Virus record (IMG/VR): IMGVR_UViG_3300028187_000002
Strand: one strand, 5' to 3'
Length of the DNA: 20,000 nucleotides
DNA from: an uncultured virus (IMG/VR IMGVR_UViG_3300028187_000002)
Lineage: Duplodnaviria; Heunggongvirae; Uroviricota; Caudoviricetes; Herelleviridae
Position numbers and translations under genes: made by a program. Numbering within the stretch: position 1 is the stretch's first letter; each line of letters begins with the position of its first letter. The notes under the pieces are model-generated. The model worked only from the letters and a program-made list of their open reading frames with translations. It was not told where the DNA came from and ran no database searches. Positions 1 to 7,214 of this stretch are shown one piece after another.

Positions 1-1
1 T

Positions 2-100
2 TACCAGTGCTTTGGGATGGACTATACTGCTGAAGTCTTTACTTGCATATGCTGGAACGGTATCTTTAGTGGGGAAGAAAGGATTAGTGACGTAGAATGA
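2..100 (+). CDS. 3' end of a partial upstream CDS (hypothetical)
   Basis: Frame 2 is open from the window edge (YQCFGMDY...ISDVE*), and its TGA (98-100) overlaps the next ATG (ATGA coupling). Frame 3 is also open to 95, so the frame is uncertain. Confidence 0.5.
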   Translation, partial: YQCFGMDYTAEVFTCICWNGIFSGEERISDVE

Positions 101-660
101 ACGATATGACACCTCCTACTCATTTTGAACCTGTATATCTCTATAATAAGTATGAGCCACTTAGAAGAAAGATATACAATAAGTTCAAAGACCAGATGGC
201 TAACAACACAGATAGGGAAGAGTTGTCTGCTGAAATAGACCGTACATTCTTAAGCTTAGTAACGGAATACAACCCCCATCGGGGGGTTGACTTCCCCTAC
301 TATATTAAGAAGATGCTTGATTTACGTATCTTCCACTGGGTAAACAAGTACCATAAGAACATAAATCGTGAGACATACAGCAATGATGATAACGGTATAG
401 TAGTGGAGGATACCCAATATGCAGAGTTACTTCAGCGTATAGTTGACCTTCATAGTATTGACCCAGACATTCAGCTAGGAGAGAAACATCGAAATCTTAT
501 GATTGGATTGCTGATAGACCAGAAGACTATTCAGCAGTTAGCCGAGGAAGAAGGGGTACCTTCCAATAGACTACATGCTAGGCTGTACTTCTTGATACAG
601 AAGTTTGACAAAGAGTATGCAAGACTAATAGAGTGGTGGGGAGAGGACTTATATGACTAA
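97..660 (+). CDS. Phage RNA polymerase sigma-70 family factor (regions 2 and 4)
   Basis: Region 2-like KYEPLRRKIY...DREEL...FLSLVTEYNPHRGVDFPYY, and C-terminal region 4-like HTH (KTIQQLAEEEGVPSNRLHARL); 187 aa. Confidence 0.85.
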   Translation: MNDMTPPTHFEPVYLYNKYEPLRRKIYNKFKDQMANNTDREELSAEIDRTFLSLVTEYNPHRGVDFPYYIKKMLDLRIFHWVNKYHKNINRETYSNDDNGIVVEDTQYAELLQRIVDLHSIDPDIQLGEKHRNLMIGLLIDQKTIQQLAEEEGVPSNRLHARLYFLIQKFDKEYARLIEWWGEDLYD

Positions 661-1054
661 TGAGTATCAAATGAAGAAACATGAAGAAGCTATGACACTC
701 CAGGCTAAGAAACTTGAGCAGGAGATAGCTAAATTTGGAATAACCTACAGTAATGCTGGACAACTTAAAGACCATGATGCTATTATGTTTATGAACCTTG
801 TAGAGAAGTGCCTAGTAACGTGTGGTTCAGAGCCTAAACCACACTTCCTTGAGGTTAGTAGAAACTTTATACAGGTATATACCCTTGTTAAGATGAATGC
901 TAACATCTTCCCATTTTATCCAGACGAACACCCTAAAAATGATAGATTCCATAAGGTTGTGACACAGACGTTGCTTGGAATGGGCTGGGTGGATTCTGTT
1001 AGATGGCTACCCAAAGAGAATGGCTCAATTTTATTGGTGACAAGGAGGGTATAA
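653..1054 (+). CDS. Hypothetical protein
   Basis: 133 aa ORF with GAGG RBS, overlapping the sigma factor stop. Confidence 0.8.
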   Translation: MTNEYQMKKHEEAMTLQAKKLEQEIAKFGITYSNAGQLKDHDAIMFMNLVEKCLVTCGSEPKPHFLEVSRNFIQVYTLVKMNANIFPFYPDEHPKNDRFHKVVTQTLLGMGWVDSVRWLPKENGSILLVTRRV

Positions 1055-1055
1055 G

Positions 1056-1436
1056 ATGATAGCGGTTATCGTTGAAGGTTTTAGTGACCATGACGCAATT
1101 CGTAGAGTCTACAGTCCAAAAGATGTGCAAACCATAGTAACGAATGGGACAAAATTTAATAACCGTATCAGAGAGCAGATTCAGGAAGCCTTAGACATGA
1201 GGCTTCCTACTTTCATATTATCTGACCCTGATAAGGCTGGGGATGAGCTTGCTAGCATGATTAAGAGCAACTTTGGTAAGATTTCTAGGATCAAGGTAGA
1301 CCCTGATAGAGCAAAGCAGGAACGTATGTTCAGAGTGAAATATGGTGTGGAGTATTGCAGCGATGAATATTTAAAAGAACTACTGGAAGGAGTGGTACAG
1401 TATGGCAGAAGCAAAAAAGAGATGTACGGCTTGTGA
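1056..1436 (+). CDS. Stand-alone Toprim domain protein, ribonuclease M5-like
   Basis: IVEG..D, TNG, DPDKAG (DxD) and GVE motifs of the RnmV-type Toprim domain. At 126 aa it lacks the C-terminal domain. Confidence 0.8.
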   Translation: MIAVIVEGFSDHDAIRRVYSPKDVQTIVTNGTKFNNRIREQIQEALDMRLPTFILSDPDKAGDELASMIKSNFGKISRIKVDPDRAKQERMFRVKYGVEYCSDEYLKELLEGVVQYGRSKKEMYGL

Positions 1437-1698
1437 GAAATGGCTAGACTATGATGAGTTCCATAGAGACTCTAAGTCCTCAGATGGGAGAGTACGTAAA
1501 TGTAAATTATGTACTAAGATGAATAGAGGAGCAAAGAAGCCTATCACTAAGAGCAGAAGTGTATCCCTCATGTCTATAAGGCTGTCCAAGGCTATAAGTA
1601 CTCTTGCCAAACGTATGAAGATTCCAGTAAATATCCAAGTGAACAATGACACAACCATTACTGTCACTATCAACAGGGAGGAATCATCGGATGAGTAA
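1402..1698 (+). CDS. Zinc-finger protein (CxxC...EF...DG...CxxC), no nuclease domain seen
   Basis: KRCTACEKWLDYDEFHRDSKSSDGRVRKCKLC resembles the zinc-binding modules at the N-terminus of phage HNH/Endo VII-type proteins; AAGGAG RBS. Confidence 0.7.
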   Translation: MAEAKKRCTACEKWLDYDEFHRDSKSSDGRVRKCKLCTKMNRGAKKPITKSRSVSLMSIRLSKAISTLAKRMKIPVNIQVNNDTTITVTINREESSDE

Positions 1699-2308
1699 AG
1701 GCATTGTAATTCAGGGTAGTGTAGGAGCAGGAAAGAGTACTTTAGCTGAGATGTTGGCAACATATACAGGAATGACATTATTCCGAGAGCCAGTTAAGAG
1801 TAACCCCTACTTAACTGATTATTATAAAGACCCTGAGAAACATGGATATGCAATGCAGGTATTCCTGTTGCATGAACGCTTTAAGCAAGCCTTACATGCA
1901 CAACGCTTAGATGATCACATTATGGATATGAGCATGTATGGAAACTTAATATTTGCTTCCATGATGACTCAAGATGGCATTATGACGGAACGTAATATGA
2001 ATGACTACATCAACATATTCCATACATTCCGTGCCCTAACTGAGCCACCAGCACTTATGGTTTACCTAAAATGCTCCACTGATGAGTGTATCAACCGAAT
2101 TCAAAAAAGAAATAGGAAATCGGAGTTGAACGTAGAGCGTTCCTATTGGGAGAAGCTAAATCAAGCGTATGAAGTCTGGTACAGAACCTACTTCTACAGT
2201 CCTAAAGTTGAGATTGATGTTACAAATATCAATATAGTTGATAGCAAGGAATCAGCTCACTATGTAATGGAGACTATTATGAAAGAACACGTCAAGGCTA
2301 CCCTTTAG
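1691..2308 (+). CDS. Deoxynucleoside kinase (dNK/dCK-dGK family)
   Basis: P-loop GSVGAGKST, REPV, QVFLLHERF and lid RIQKRNRKSE. Start moved to ATG 1691 after the GGGAGG RBS. Confidence 0.9.
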   Translation: MSKGIVIQGSVGAGKSTLAEMLATYTGMTLFREPVKSNPYLTDYYKDPEKHGYAMQVFLLHERFKQALHAQRLDDHIMDMSMYGNLIFASMMTQDGIMTERNMNDYINIFHTFRALTEPPALMVYLKCSTDECINRIQKRNRKSELNVERSYWEKLNQAYEVWYRTYFYSPKVEIDVTNINIVDSKESAHYVMETIMKEHVKATL

Positions 2309-2322
2309 GGTAGTCTTTTCTT
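2294..2322 (+). terminator. Intrinsic terminator
   Basis: AAGGCTACCCT/AGGGTAGTCTT dyad plus T-tract, overlapping the dNK stop. Confidence 0.8.
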
Positions 2323-2338
2323 GTATAGGTCTACTGGT

Positions 2339-2367
2339 TTGACTTTTTTCGAGGATTCGGAAAAAAT
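2339..2367 (+). promoter_or_regulatory. Sigma-A-like promoter P1 (TTGACT-17-AAAAAT)
   Basis: Exact 17-bp spacer, right after a terminator; the same architecture recurs at 4115, 7127 and 10218. Confidence 0.7.
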
Positions 2368-2415
2368 AAGGATGTGGTCGAGGGACACACCAAGCATAAA
2401 GGAGAGGTGATATTC

Positions 2416-2637
2416 GTGCGTATTAACAGAATAGTAGGGGAATGTAGTTGTAACAACTGTTTAGACAGGGGTTTGACAGAAGCCTACAAGATATATGTAG
2501 GTAGAACTAATACTACAACCACGATAGTTCTGTGTGTTCAGTGCTTAATCAAGCTAGACGCTGACATTAACAACAAGATTAGAATGATAGCTATGAGGGG
2601 TACCGTTGACTCCCTTCAGCAGGGTAGGGAGGAATAG
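2416..2637 (+). CDS. Hypothetical Cys-rich (zinc-binding) protein
   Basis: GTG start after AAAGGAGAGGTG; CSCNNC...CVQC. Confidence 0.75.
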   Translation: MRINRIVGECSCNNCLDRGLTEAYKIYVGRTNTTTTIVLCVQCLIKLDADINNKIRMIAMRGTVDSLQQGREE

Positions 2638-2640
2638 CTA

Positions 2641-2868
2641 GTGAACATAAAGATTAACTACATCGCTGACCTTAGGCTACGTCAGGTAGAGGTCAGAACA
2701 GGAACTACAGTATTCCTAGTAGATGTAGAGCACTTCAAGAGAATAACAGAAGCAGATATAGAGTCTATAGAAGGTCGTAGAGGAACTCTGGTAATGAGTA
2801 GTAACCTCTACATCAGTCTTAGGAAGGAGGCTACACATGTCGGCAGAGTTAGAGGAACTGAAGCGTAG
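2641..2868 (+). CDS. Hypothetical protein
   Basis: GTG start, GGGAGG RBS, tight packing. Confidence 0.75.
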   Translation: MNIKINYIADLRLRQVEVRTGTTVFLVDVEHFKRITEADIESIEGRRGTLVMSSNLYISLRKEATHVGRVRGTEA

Positions 2869-3058
2869 GGCAAAATTAGCAAGGCTGAGTAAAGTCCCTA
2901 AGGGGGCTTCAGCCCTTACTAAAGAGGATGTAATGTTAGTACTTCATCCAGATGAGGCACAACTGATACTAGATTTCATGTATGGAGCTATTCAGTGTAA
3001 AGAACTTAAAAGTGACCACAAGATGGCACTTAATATAATCGAACATATGGAGGGATAG
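2837..3058 (+). CDS. Hypothetical protein
   Basis: AAGGAGG RBS, 73 aa. Confidence 0.75.
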   Translation: MSAELEELKRRAKLARLSKVPKGASALTKEDVMLVLHPDEAQLILDFMYGAIQCKELKSDHKMALNIIEHMEG

Positions 3059-3060
3059 TT

Positions 3061-3372
3061 ATGATGACCAACGGTGAGGTAAAAGATGAAGCGGTAAAGA
3101 TATTAGAAGAGTGGGCACAAGAGAAACCAGAGATGTTTGTATCTGGTGGAGAGCCTAGTTTCTGTTGGGAAATGAGACATTCAGCTATCAGAAAGGTACT
3201 GGAGGACAATGACCTTACTGAGTATGAAGATGACATAGAACAAATTGATGGCTTCTTACACTACAGTCACCTAGCAACAGCAAGAAAATATGTAGAAGAG
3301 TACTTAGCAGAGGAACAAGGTAAGCTTAGTAAGGTGGCTGAAGTGGGTCACAGACAATCAGACTTTATGTAG
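3061..3372 (+). CDS. Hypothetical acidic protein
   Basis: GGAGGG RBS, 103 aa. Confidence 0.75.
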   Translation: MMTNGEVKDEAVKILEEWAQEKPEMFVSGGEPSFCWEMRHSAIRKVLEDNDLTEYEDDIEQIDGFLHYSHLATARKYVEEYLAEEQGKLSKVAEVGHRQSDFM

Positions 3373-3384
3373 GGGGAATGGAAA

Positions 3385-3723
3385 ATGAATGAGTTTCACA
3401 TGGATATTGAGTTGTTTCTTGCTATAGACAAGTTTTTACTACCAGGAGTAAAGGTTGGTAGTCTTAACATGGATGTATCTGCTAATGCAGGCAAGCCAGA
3501 GGGTACAGTAATTCTATCTCACCTATTGGTTTACAAGGATGGAGTTAGCCATGTATTCTTAGTAGATCATAGTAGCAATGGTATTACAATGGCACTGTTT
3601 GATGAGAAGGGTTGTGGTGCTGCACCTATACCTGATGGTGAGGAAAGACAGACTAAGCAGGTATTACAAATGATGATGGCAATAGCTAGTGGAGGGGATG
3701 TTAAAGATGGAAGCGTACATTAA
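3385..3723 (+). CDS. Hypothetical protein
   Basis: AGGGGG RBS, 112 aa. Confidence 0.75.
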   Translation: MNEFHMDIELFLAIDKFLLPGVKVGSLNMDVSANAGKPEGTVILSHLLVYKDGVSHVFLVDHSSNGITMALFDEKGCGAAPIPDGEERQTKQVLQMMMAIASGGDVKDGSVH

Positions 3724-4054
3724 TACTACAGGTGTTAGAACAGGTCGTCTTAGCTCATCTAGAGAGAATAAAGCAGGGGTGGCACAATCTCCTGTAAACT
3801 GGGTAGGAGAAGTAAAGGTTAGTAGCTTCATGCCAACCTTTAGTATCTATGACATAATGGGCATTACTCCTGAGAGTGAGGTGGCTGTAAGAGAGAAGGA
3901 ACTAGCATTTTGGGAGGGCAAGTATAAAGCTACAAACAAGCATAGTCAGAAGACGCGTATCAAACGTAGAGTAGACTTCAAACGACATATGTTAAACAAA
4001 GCTAAGGAAGACATGGAAAATTACTACAAGAGCAAGGAACAGTATAAGGCGTAG
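3707..4054 (+). CDS. Hypothetical protein with an N-terminal TGRLSS motif
   Basis: GGAGGGG RBS upstream of ATG 3707; followed by a terminator. Confidence 0.75.
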   Translation: MEAYINTTGVRTGRLSSSRENKAGVAQSPVNWVGEVKVSSFMPTFSIYDIMGITPESEVAVREKELAFWEGKYKATNKHSQKTRIKRRVDFKRHMLNKAKEDMENYYKSKEQYKA

Positions 4055-4063
4055 ACACTGTAG

Positions 4064-4093
4064 GGAGACAACTTTGATGTTGTCTCCTTTTTT
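4064..4093 (+). terminator. Intrinsic terminator
   Basis: GGAGACAAC/GTTGTCTCC stem plus T6. Confidence 0.85.
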
Positions 4094-4114
4094 ATTTATT
4101 GTAAGAGGATTGAT

Positions 4115-4143
4115 TTGCTTTTCTCTCTGTTCCGTGTGAAAAT
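4115..4143 (+). promoter_or_regulatory. Promoter P2 (TTGCTT-17-GAAAAT)
   Basis: Same spacing and motif as P1, P3 and P4; lies between a terminator and an AAAAGGAGAGGT RBS. Confidence 0.65.
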
Positions 4144-4196
4144 TGACTCATGGAAGTCAGGAAGTACATTGAGTCTAAAAGGAGAGGTGTAGAGAT

Positions 4197-4874
4197 ATGA
4201 CTAAATTATCAGTAGGTGAGTGGAGAATACTTTTGCTTAGTGACTGTCTACAGGACAGCGAGGAACTGTATGAGTACACAGAATGTCTACGTAAGGAAGG
4301 TAAGAGAGCAGTCTTATCAATCACTAGAGAAGATGCTAAGGTTTTGGATGAGTATCTTGAGGATGGACAGGATAACCACTTTAGAGAACAACTTAGAAAA
4401 GAGTGGGTATTCACTGGTAAGGTAAAAGACAACGGTAAAGGTAATAAAACTACATGTGAGTACTGCCAACACCAGCAAATTAGATACAGATACTTATGCA
4501 AGAACATTAAAACAGGTGTATATTTGGACTTGGGTAGTGTGTGCGTAGGGTATATTGTACATGGTGAAGAGAAGATGAAGGATAAAGAGTTCAGTAAGAA
4601 CTTTGTAGAAGGTCTAGACAGTCTTAGGAAGAAACCATATGTACCAGACCCACAAGAGGTAGAGAGTAAACGCAGAAAGCAAGAGCCTTCAATTCGATAT
4701 GCAGCAAGTATTATACATAGTGCTGGGCATGGAGAGAATAGTTTCTTCCAAAGCCTACAGAAACAGTGGAATGAGGGTAACTCCCTATCAGATAAGCAGT
4801 TTGAAGCTTTAAAGAATATGGCAATCAGAATACGTGATTCACGTAAGCGTAAGGAGGTAGCAAACAATGCCTGA
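4197..4874 (+). CDS. Hypothetical zinc-binding phage protein
   Basis: 225 aa; CEYC...IRYRY..KN..TG...LGSVC; strong RBS. Confidence 0.8.
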   Translation: MTKLSVGEWRILLLSDCLQDSEELYEYTECLRKEGKRAVLSITREDAKVLDEYLEDGQDNHFREQLRKEWVFTGKVKDNGKGNKTTCEYCQHQQIRYRYLCKNIKTGVYLDLGSVCVGYIVHGEEKMKDKEFSKNFVEGLDSLRKKPYVPDPQEVESKRRKQEPSIRYAASIIHSAGHGENSFFQSLQKQWNEGNSLSDKQFEALKNMAIRIRDSRKRKEVANNA

Positions 4875-5127
4875 GATGTACGTAATGTTTAAGCCAGGTT
4901 CTGTAATGTTGTGTACTAAAGAGATAAATTTTGGTAGTGCTGTTATTCCAGAAGGTACTACAGGAATAGTGGAAACTGTTTCTCTAGACAATGGAGGAGG
5001 AAGACACTACACAGTATACTTTGCCTTAGTTCTCATGGATGGGGATAGGGCAGAAGAAGAGGTACCTTACATCCTTACAGAAGAGAGAATGGGGCACTTG
5101 GGTATTAGGATGATACAAACACCATGA
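4867..5127 (+). CDS. Hypothetical small beta-barrel (SH3-like) protein
   Basis: AAGGAGGT RBS; G......KE......PEGTTGIV.....YTVYF pattern shared with 6134-6490. Confidence 0.75.
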   Translation: MPEMYVMFKPGSVMLCTKEINFGSAVIPEGTTGIVETVSLDNGGGRHYTVYFALVLMDGDRAEEEVPYILTEERMGHLGIRMIQTP

Positions 5128-5471
5128 GAGTTCTATGCACGGGGAGTAGAGACTTCAAGAACGTTGACATGGTAATAGATGCTCTACTGGAATTACCAGT
5201 AGACTCTGTTATCATACATGGTGGTGCTAAAGGACTAGACAAAATAGTAGACATAGTAGCCAGATACTTAGGGTTTAAAGTAGAAGTATATAAGGCTGAG
5301 TGGAAAGGCGATAAGCGTGAGGGCTTATACCGTAATAGCCAGATGTTGCATGAGGGTAAGCCTGAATATGGTCTAGGGTTCAGAAGTAAGCTGAACAGTA
5401 AAGGTACTAATGACATGCTTATGAAGATGGGGCAGGCAGGTATACCACATAAAATCTATAACGATTTCTAG
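5124..5471 (+). CDS. SLOG superfamily protein (DUF2493/YspA-like)
   Basis: RVLCTGSRDF, IIHGGAKGLD, YRNSQML and SKGTNDM motifs typical of DUF2493. Confidence 0.85.
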   Translation: MRVLCTGSRDFKNVDMVIDALLELPVDSVIIHGGAKGLDKIVDIVARYLGFKVEVYKAEWKGDKREGLYRNSQMLHEGKPEYGLGFRSKLNSKGTNDMLMKMGQAGIPHKIYNDF

Positions 5472-5482
5472 GAGGACATAAA

Positions 5483-5914
5483 ATGGGACTGAATCACAGA
5501 AATGTAACTATAAGTAATGGGGACTTAGATAAGGGAGAGAAATTAATTAAGCTAACAACAGAGAAAGCATTCCAGAAGCTAATGGAGGGTAAGGAAATCT
5601 TTGCTAGATTCCAAACAGTTACCTATGACCATGTTAAGGGGTGTAGAAGATGTAATAAAGAGAGAAAGGGTAACTACTGTAGTGAGTGTGGTTCACAACT
5701 AACAGATAATCTACCAAGGGAAGTAATTAAGGATAAGAGATGGTTAGGATTAGAGCTGAGATGGAAAGAGGATAGTGAGGAATTTAAGGAAGCTGAAAGA
5801 GAGCTATGGGAGTTCACTAACCACCCATTCTCTGGTGGACGTTCTTATAAGAAGTCTAATACTCAACTAGGCTACTTTACACAAGTCCAAGTTTGGTACT
5901 GGAGGGGTTATTGA
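5483..5914 (+). CDS. Hypothetical protein with a zinc ribbon
   Basis: CRRC...YCSECGSQL; AGGAGG RBS. Confidence 0.8.
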   Translation: MGLNHRNVTISNGDLDKGEKLIKLTTEKAFQKLMEGKEIFARFQTVTYDHVKGCRRCNKERKGNYCSECGSQLTDNLPREVIKDKRWLGLELRWKEDSEEFKEAERELWEFTNHPFSGGRSYKKSNTQLGYFTQVQVWYWRGY

Positions 5915-6147
5915 TGAAGGGTGTAGTTAGATGCTGGCAATGTAAAGAGAGGCATGAAGCAGATAGAACCACTTATATCCAGGTTCAGGGGTATATCTAT
6001 CAAGGTAATCAGGAGGTACTGGATGCCAACTGCTCTGGTAAATGTGATCATGAAGAACTACCTTCAGCTAACTTTTGTGCTGACAAGGATTGTCTTATGA
6101 AACATATCAAAGCTAAGAAGGAGGATGCAGACAATGGCATTCGATAA
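5914..6147 (+). CDS. Hypothetical Cys/His zinc-binding protein
   Basis: GGAGGGG RBS; CWQCKERH...FCADKDCL. Confidence 0.75.
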   Translation: MKGVVRCWQCKERHEADRTTYIQVQGYIYQGNQEVLDANCSGKCDHEELPSANFCADKDCLMKHIKAKKEDADNGIR

Positions 6148-6490
6148 AGCTAAGAAGAAAGAGGTAAGAGAAATAGGGGAGAGACCGTGGCAGGTATCTA
6201 TAGAACCAGAGACTGAACCTATATATCAGGTGAAATGTATCAGAATAATAGGTACGAAAATTGCAGTTGCTAAAGAGCACTATGTAGATGACCTTGGTTC
6301 TTTCCTACCACAAGGTACTCTAGGAACAATAAAAGAGGCAATCATAAGAGAAGATGAAACTATCTATGGAGTGTACTTTGAAGATGTACACTGGGTGTTT
6401 GACACCCCTTGTGGCATACAAGGAGAGGTATCAGAAGGTACGTTCCACTGGTCTGAGGAAGAAATGAAAAATATAATAGGAATTATATAG
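6134..6490 (+). CDS. Hypothetical protein with an SH3-like barrel
   Basis: AAGGAGG RBS; PQGTLGTI...YGVYF. Confidence 0.75.
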   Translation: MAFDKAKKKEVREIGERPWQVSIEPETEPIYQVKCIRIIGTKIAVAKEHYVDDLGSFLPQGTLGTIKEAIIREDETIYGVYFEDVHWVFDTPCGIQGEVSEGTFHWSEEEMKNIIGII

Positions 6491-6503
6491 GAGGATGTAA
6501 ACA

Positions 6504-7130
6504 ATGGGAACTAATAATACTGAAGAGTTAACAGGGTTGAAGATGCAAAACAAGCCTAGAAAGGCTGTACTTAAATCTACAGGGGAGCTAGAGGTCATTC
6601 AGTATAATGATGAGATAGTGGAGTTTGTTAACTGTCATGAGTGTAACTGTCAGCACCTTACTCATCAGGAGAGCTACCTAGAAATAGTGGGCAACCTCCA
6701 TGTAGGAGGCACGAGTAGGGGTGGATTGTTAGGTAATGGTGACTGGAAGAACATTGGTGTCCCTGTATACTACTTCTGTATAAACAATCGTTGTCTGTCT
6801 AATTATATCCGTAAGATAGAGCTGAAGGAGTTAACTACTACGGAGCAGATAGCTGAGGTCAAGTACCTAACTGTGTTTGAAGTTGGTGTTCCCGTACCTG
6901 TAACTAATGAGTTCTTCCTTAAACCAGACAATAAGTACTGTGTAGTAAATGCGAATAGGGAAGGTGATATAGTTATAGAGGGTATGATATATTCTATACA
7001 TCCTCAAGGGGACTACGTAAAACATAGGAAGATGGCAACTACTTCTGACCTAATACAGGAGTGGATGGTTAAAGGGATAGTTCAGCTTGTTCCTGACACT
7101 GTAGAGCTTGAGCCTACGGAACGTCCTTGA
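6504..7130 (+). CDS. Hypothetical two-domain protein with a Cys/His zinc-binding domain
   Basis: AGGAGG RBS; CHECNCQH...FCINNRCL. Confidence 0.8.
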   Translation: MGTNNTEELTGLKMQNKPRKAVLKSTGELEVIQYNDEIVEFVNCHECNCQHLTHQESYLEIVGNLHVGGTSRGGLLGNGDWKNIGVPVYYFCINNRCLSNYIRKIELKELTTTEQIAEVKYLTVFEVGVPVPVTNEFFLKPDNKYCVVNANREGDIVIEGMIYSIHPQGDYVKHRKMATTSDLIQEWMVKGIVQLVPDTVELEPTERP

Positions 7131-7155
7131 TTTCTGTTTCCAGTCGTGAGAAAAT
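7127..7155 (+). promoter_or_regulatory. Promoter P3 (TTGATT-17-GAAAAT)
   Basis: Same motif; upstream of the helicase gene and followed by a GGTCT...AGACC-closed hairpin. Confidence 0.7.
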
Positions 7156-7214
7156 GGTCTTGTGAGAGGGAGAACCTCCTTCCTCTAGACCAGAGCTAAA
7201 AGGAGAGGGTACTA

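Noticed and set aside
1402..1698. HNH homing endonuclease
   Set aside because: Only the zinc-finger module is present; no HNH or Endo VII catalytic motif is seen.
4175..4867. Long minus-strand ORFs (also 13547-14029, 15098-15688 and others)
   Set aside because: They are antisense shadows of well-supported + strand genes, with S/L/F-rich composition and no evident RBS.
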